The notes below the pieces were generated by a model that was not told the DNA's origin, did not search any database, and saw only the letters and a program-made list of their open reading frames with translations. A DNA stretch of 45,557 nt from an uncultured Gammaproteobacteria bacterium (GTDB lineage Bacteria > Patescibacteriota > Microgenomatia > CAYQLK01): assembly GCA_964445355.1 (NCBI GenBank), contig CAYUKQ010000005.1, positions 1 to 45,557 of the forward strand, read 5' to 3'. Below, one piece after another: positions 44,409-45,557 of this stretch. The translations under genes and the position numbers were made by a program. Positions within the stretch are counted from its first letter, which is position 1, and the number at the start of each line of letters is the position of its first letter.

Positions 44409-44894
44409 ATGAAAAAGTCGTATTTCAGCGTCCAAATCAACGCACCGAGAAACAAGGTCTGGGACGTGATGCTTGCGGATAAGACTTACCGTCAGTGGAC
44501 GGAGGCTTTTAACCCCGGATCGTACTTTGTCGGCAGTTGGGGTGAGGGGGAAGAGATCAAGTTTCTTGGTCCTGATCCGGAAGGCAACGGTGAAGGAGGT
44601 ATGCTGGCTAGGGTCTTGACGAACAAAAAATACGAAAAGATTGTTCTTGAACACTTTGGAATGATCACAAATGGTCAGATAGACACGACGAGCGATAAAG
44701 TAAAAACCTGGACACCCGCGCTTGAAGCATATACTTTTTCGGATCAAAATGGCGGTACGTTGCTTGAGATCGAGGTCGATCTGCCTGATGAATATTCAGA
44801 AATGTTTTGCGATCTTTGGCCAAAAGCCTTGGAAATACTCAAAAATCTAGCAGAAAATTCTGCTTCAGAAGGAGGTGAATATTATAAAAAATAA
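44409..44894 (+). CDS. SRPBCC/AHSA1-domain protein
   Basis: INAP..KVW..M....Y..WT..F..GS, W.KAL..LK.LAE. Confidence 0.88.
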   Translation: MKKSYFSVQINAPRNKVWDVMLADKTYRQWTEAFNPGSYFVGSWGEGEEIKFLGPDPEGNGEGGMLARVLTNKKYEKIVLEHFGMITNGQIDTTSDKVKTWTPALEAYTFSDQNGGTLLEIEVDLPDEYSEMFCDLWPKALEILKNLAENSASEGGEYYKK

Positions 44895-45513
44895 TTCACT
44901 GCTCATAGGAATAATCGGAGCCTTGATCGGCGGGACAGCTGTTTGGTTACTAACCACAATATGCCCAGGTAACGGAATGTTTGGTCATTGGCGGATGATG
45001 GGGGCTTATCATAATTATGATCTAAATAGATCCGGGACTTCTTCGATGATGGGCAATATCGATGCACATTTTATCGAACAGATGATTCCTCACCACGAAG
45101 GGGCTGTTGCAATGTCCCGTCTGGCATTACGGAAGTCGACCCGTCCGGAAATAAAGACCCTCTCAAATAGTATCATTACGAGTCAGTCAGCAGAGATTAC
45201 CCAAATGCAAAGCTGGTACAAAGAATGGTTCGGCAAGGAAGTACCGGAAGTTGCGAATATGGGTATGGGGATGATGGGTAAAGGCATGATGGGGACAGCA
45301 GATGACGTAGAAGAATTGGAGCGATCTGACGATTTTGACAAATCTTTTATCGAAATGATGATCGTTCATCATCAGACCGCGGTCATGATGGCAAACATGC
45401 TGGCCACCGCAACAGATCGAAGTGAAATGAAGAATCTGGCTCAGAATATTATTGATACCCAAACAAAAGAAATTGATCAGATGAAAAAATGGTCTGAAAG
45501 TTGGGGGTACTAA
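44875..45513 (+). CDS. DUF305 (ferritin-like) exported protein
   Basis: N-terminal TM; two repeats FIEQMIPHHEGAVAM / FIEMMIVHHQTAVMM; EI.QM..W; start codon ambiguous. Confidence 0.9.
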   Translation: MNIIKNNSLLIGIIGALIGGTAVWLLTTICPGNGMFGHWRMMGAYHNYDLNRSGTSSMMGNIDAHFIEQMIPHHEGAVAMSRLALRKSTRPEIKTLSNSIITSQSAEITQMQSWYKEWFGKEVPEVANMGMGMMGKGMMGTADDVEELERSDDFDKSFIEMMIVHHQTAVMMANMLATATDRSEMKNLAQNIIDTQTKEIDQMKKWSESWGY

Positions 45514-45557
45514 TCTACGCTCGAGGCTGGTGAATATTTTGGCCGTTTCGTAAGCGG

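Noticed and set aside
1-45557. tRNA/rRNA genes, transposases, recoded stop codons
   Set aside because: None recognised by eye; all major ORFs are intact under code 11 with TGA used as stop. tRNAscan-SE would be needed to exclude tRNAs formally.

Overview
The window looks like chromosomal DNA from a small-genome CPR/Patescibacteria bacterium, probably Microgenomates-like. This is inferred from the short HolA-like protein, the AT-rich backbone (about 35-42% GC in lines I spot-counted) and mostly Shine-Dalgarno (SD)-less core genes. Layout: (1) 1-13.7 kb is a DNA-repair cluster (uvrC, uvrA, uvrB, lexA) interleaved with unknown genes. These include a 641-aa protein with a RelE/ParE-like C-terminus, a structured-leader mini-cassette and a PD-(D/E)XK nuclease with a small acidic partner; a clean palindrome lies in the lexA leader. 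(2) 14.3-24.9 kb is central metabolism (2-oxoacid:ferredoxin oxidoreductase alpha/beta, gpmI, eno, ppsA) plus rsmI, a holA-like gene and an MBL hydrolase. (3) 24.9-36.1 kb holds surface/glycan genes: a large secreted sugar-dehydrogenase/PKD/4x beta-sandwich protein, a GC-rich SD-led island (GtrA, GT-C, processive GT2, GH113), a CAP protein and an epimerase. (4) 36.1-37.8 kb holds GC-rich micro-cassettes and a promoter-and-terminator-bounded ~174-nt ORF-less RNA. (5) yfiH and murC. (6) 40.0-43.8 kb is an unusual cluster of two divergent guanylate-kinase-like proteins flanking a soluble GT2 and an HD hydrolase. (7) A VOC-SRPBCC-DUF305 operon ends the window. I saw no rRNA, tRNA, CRISPR array, integrase or transposase. 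All family calls come from motif recognition by eye, not database searches.
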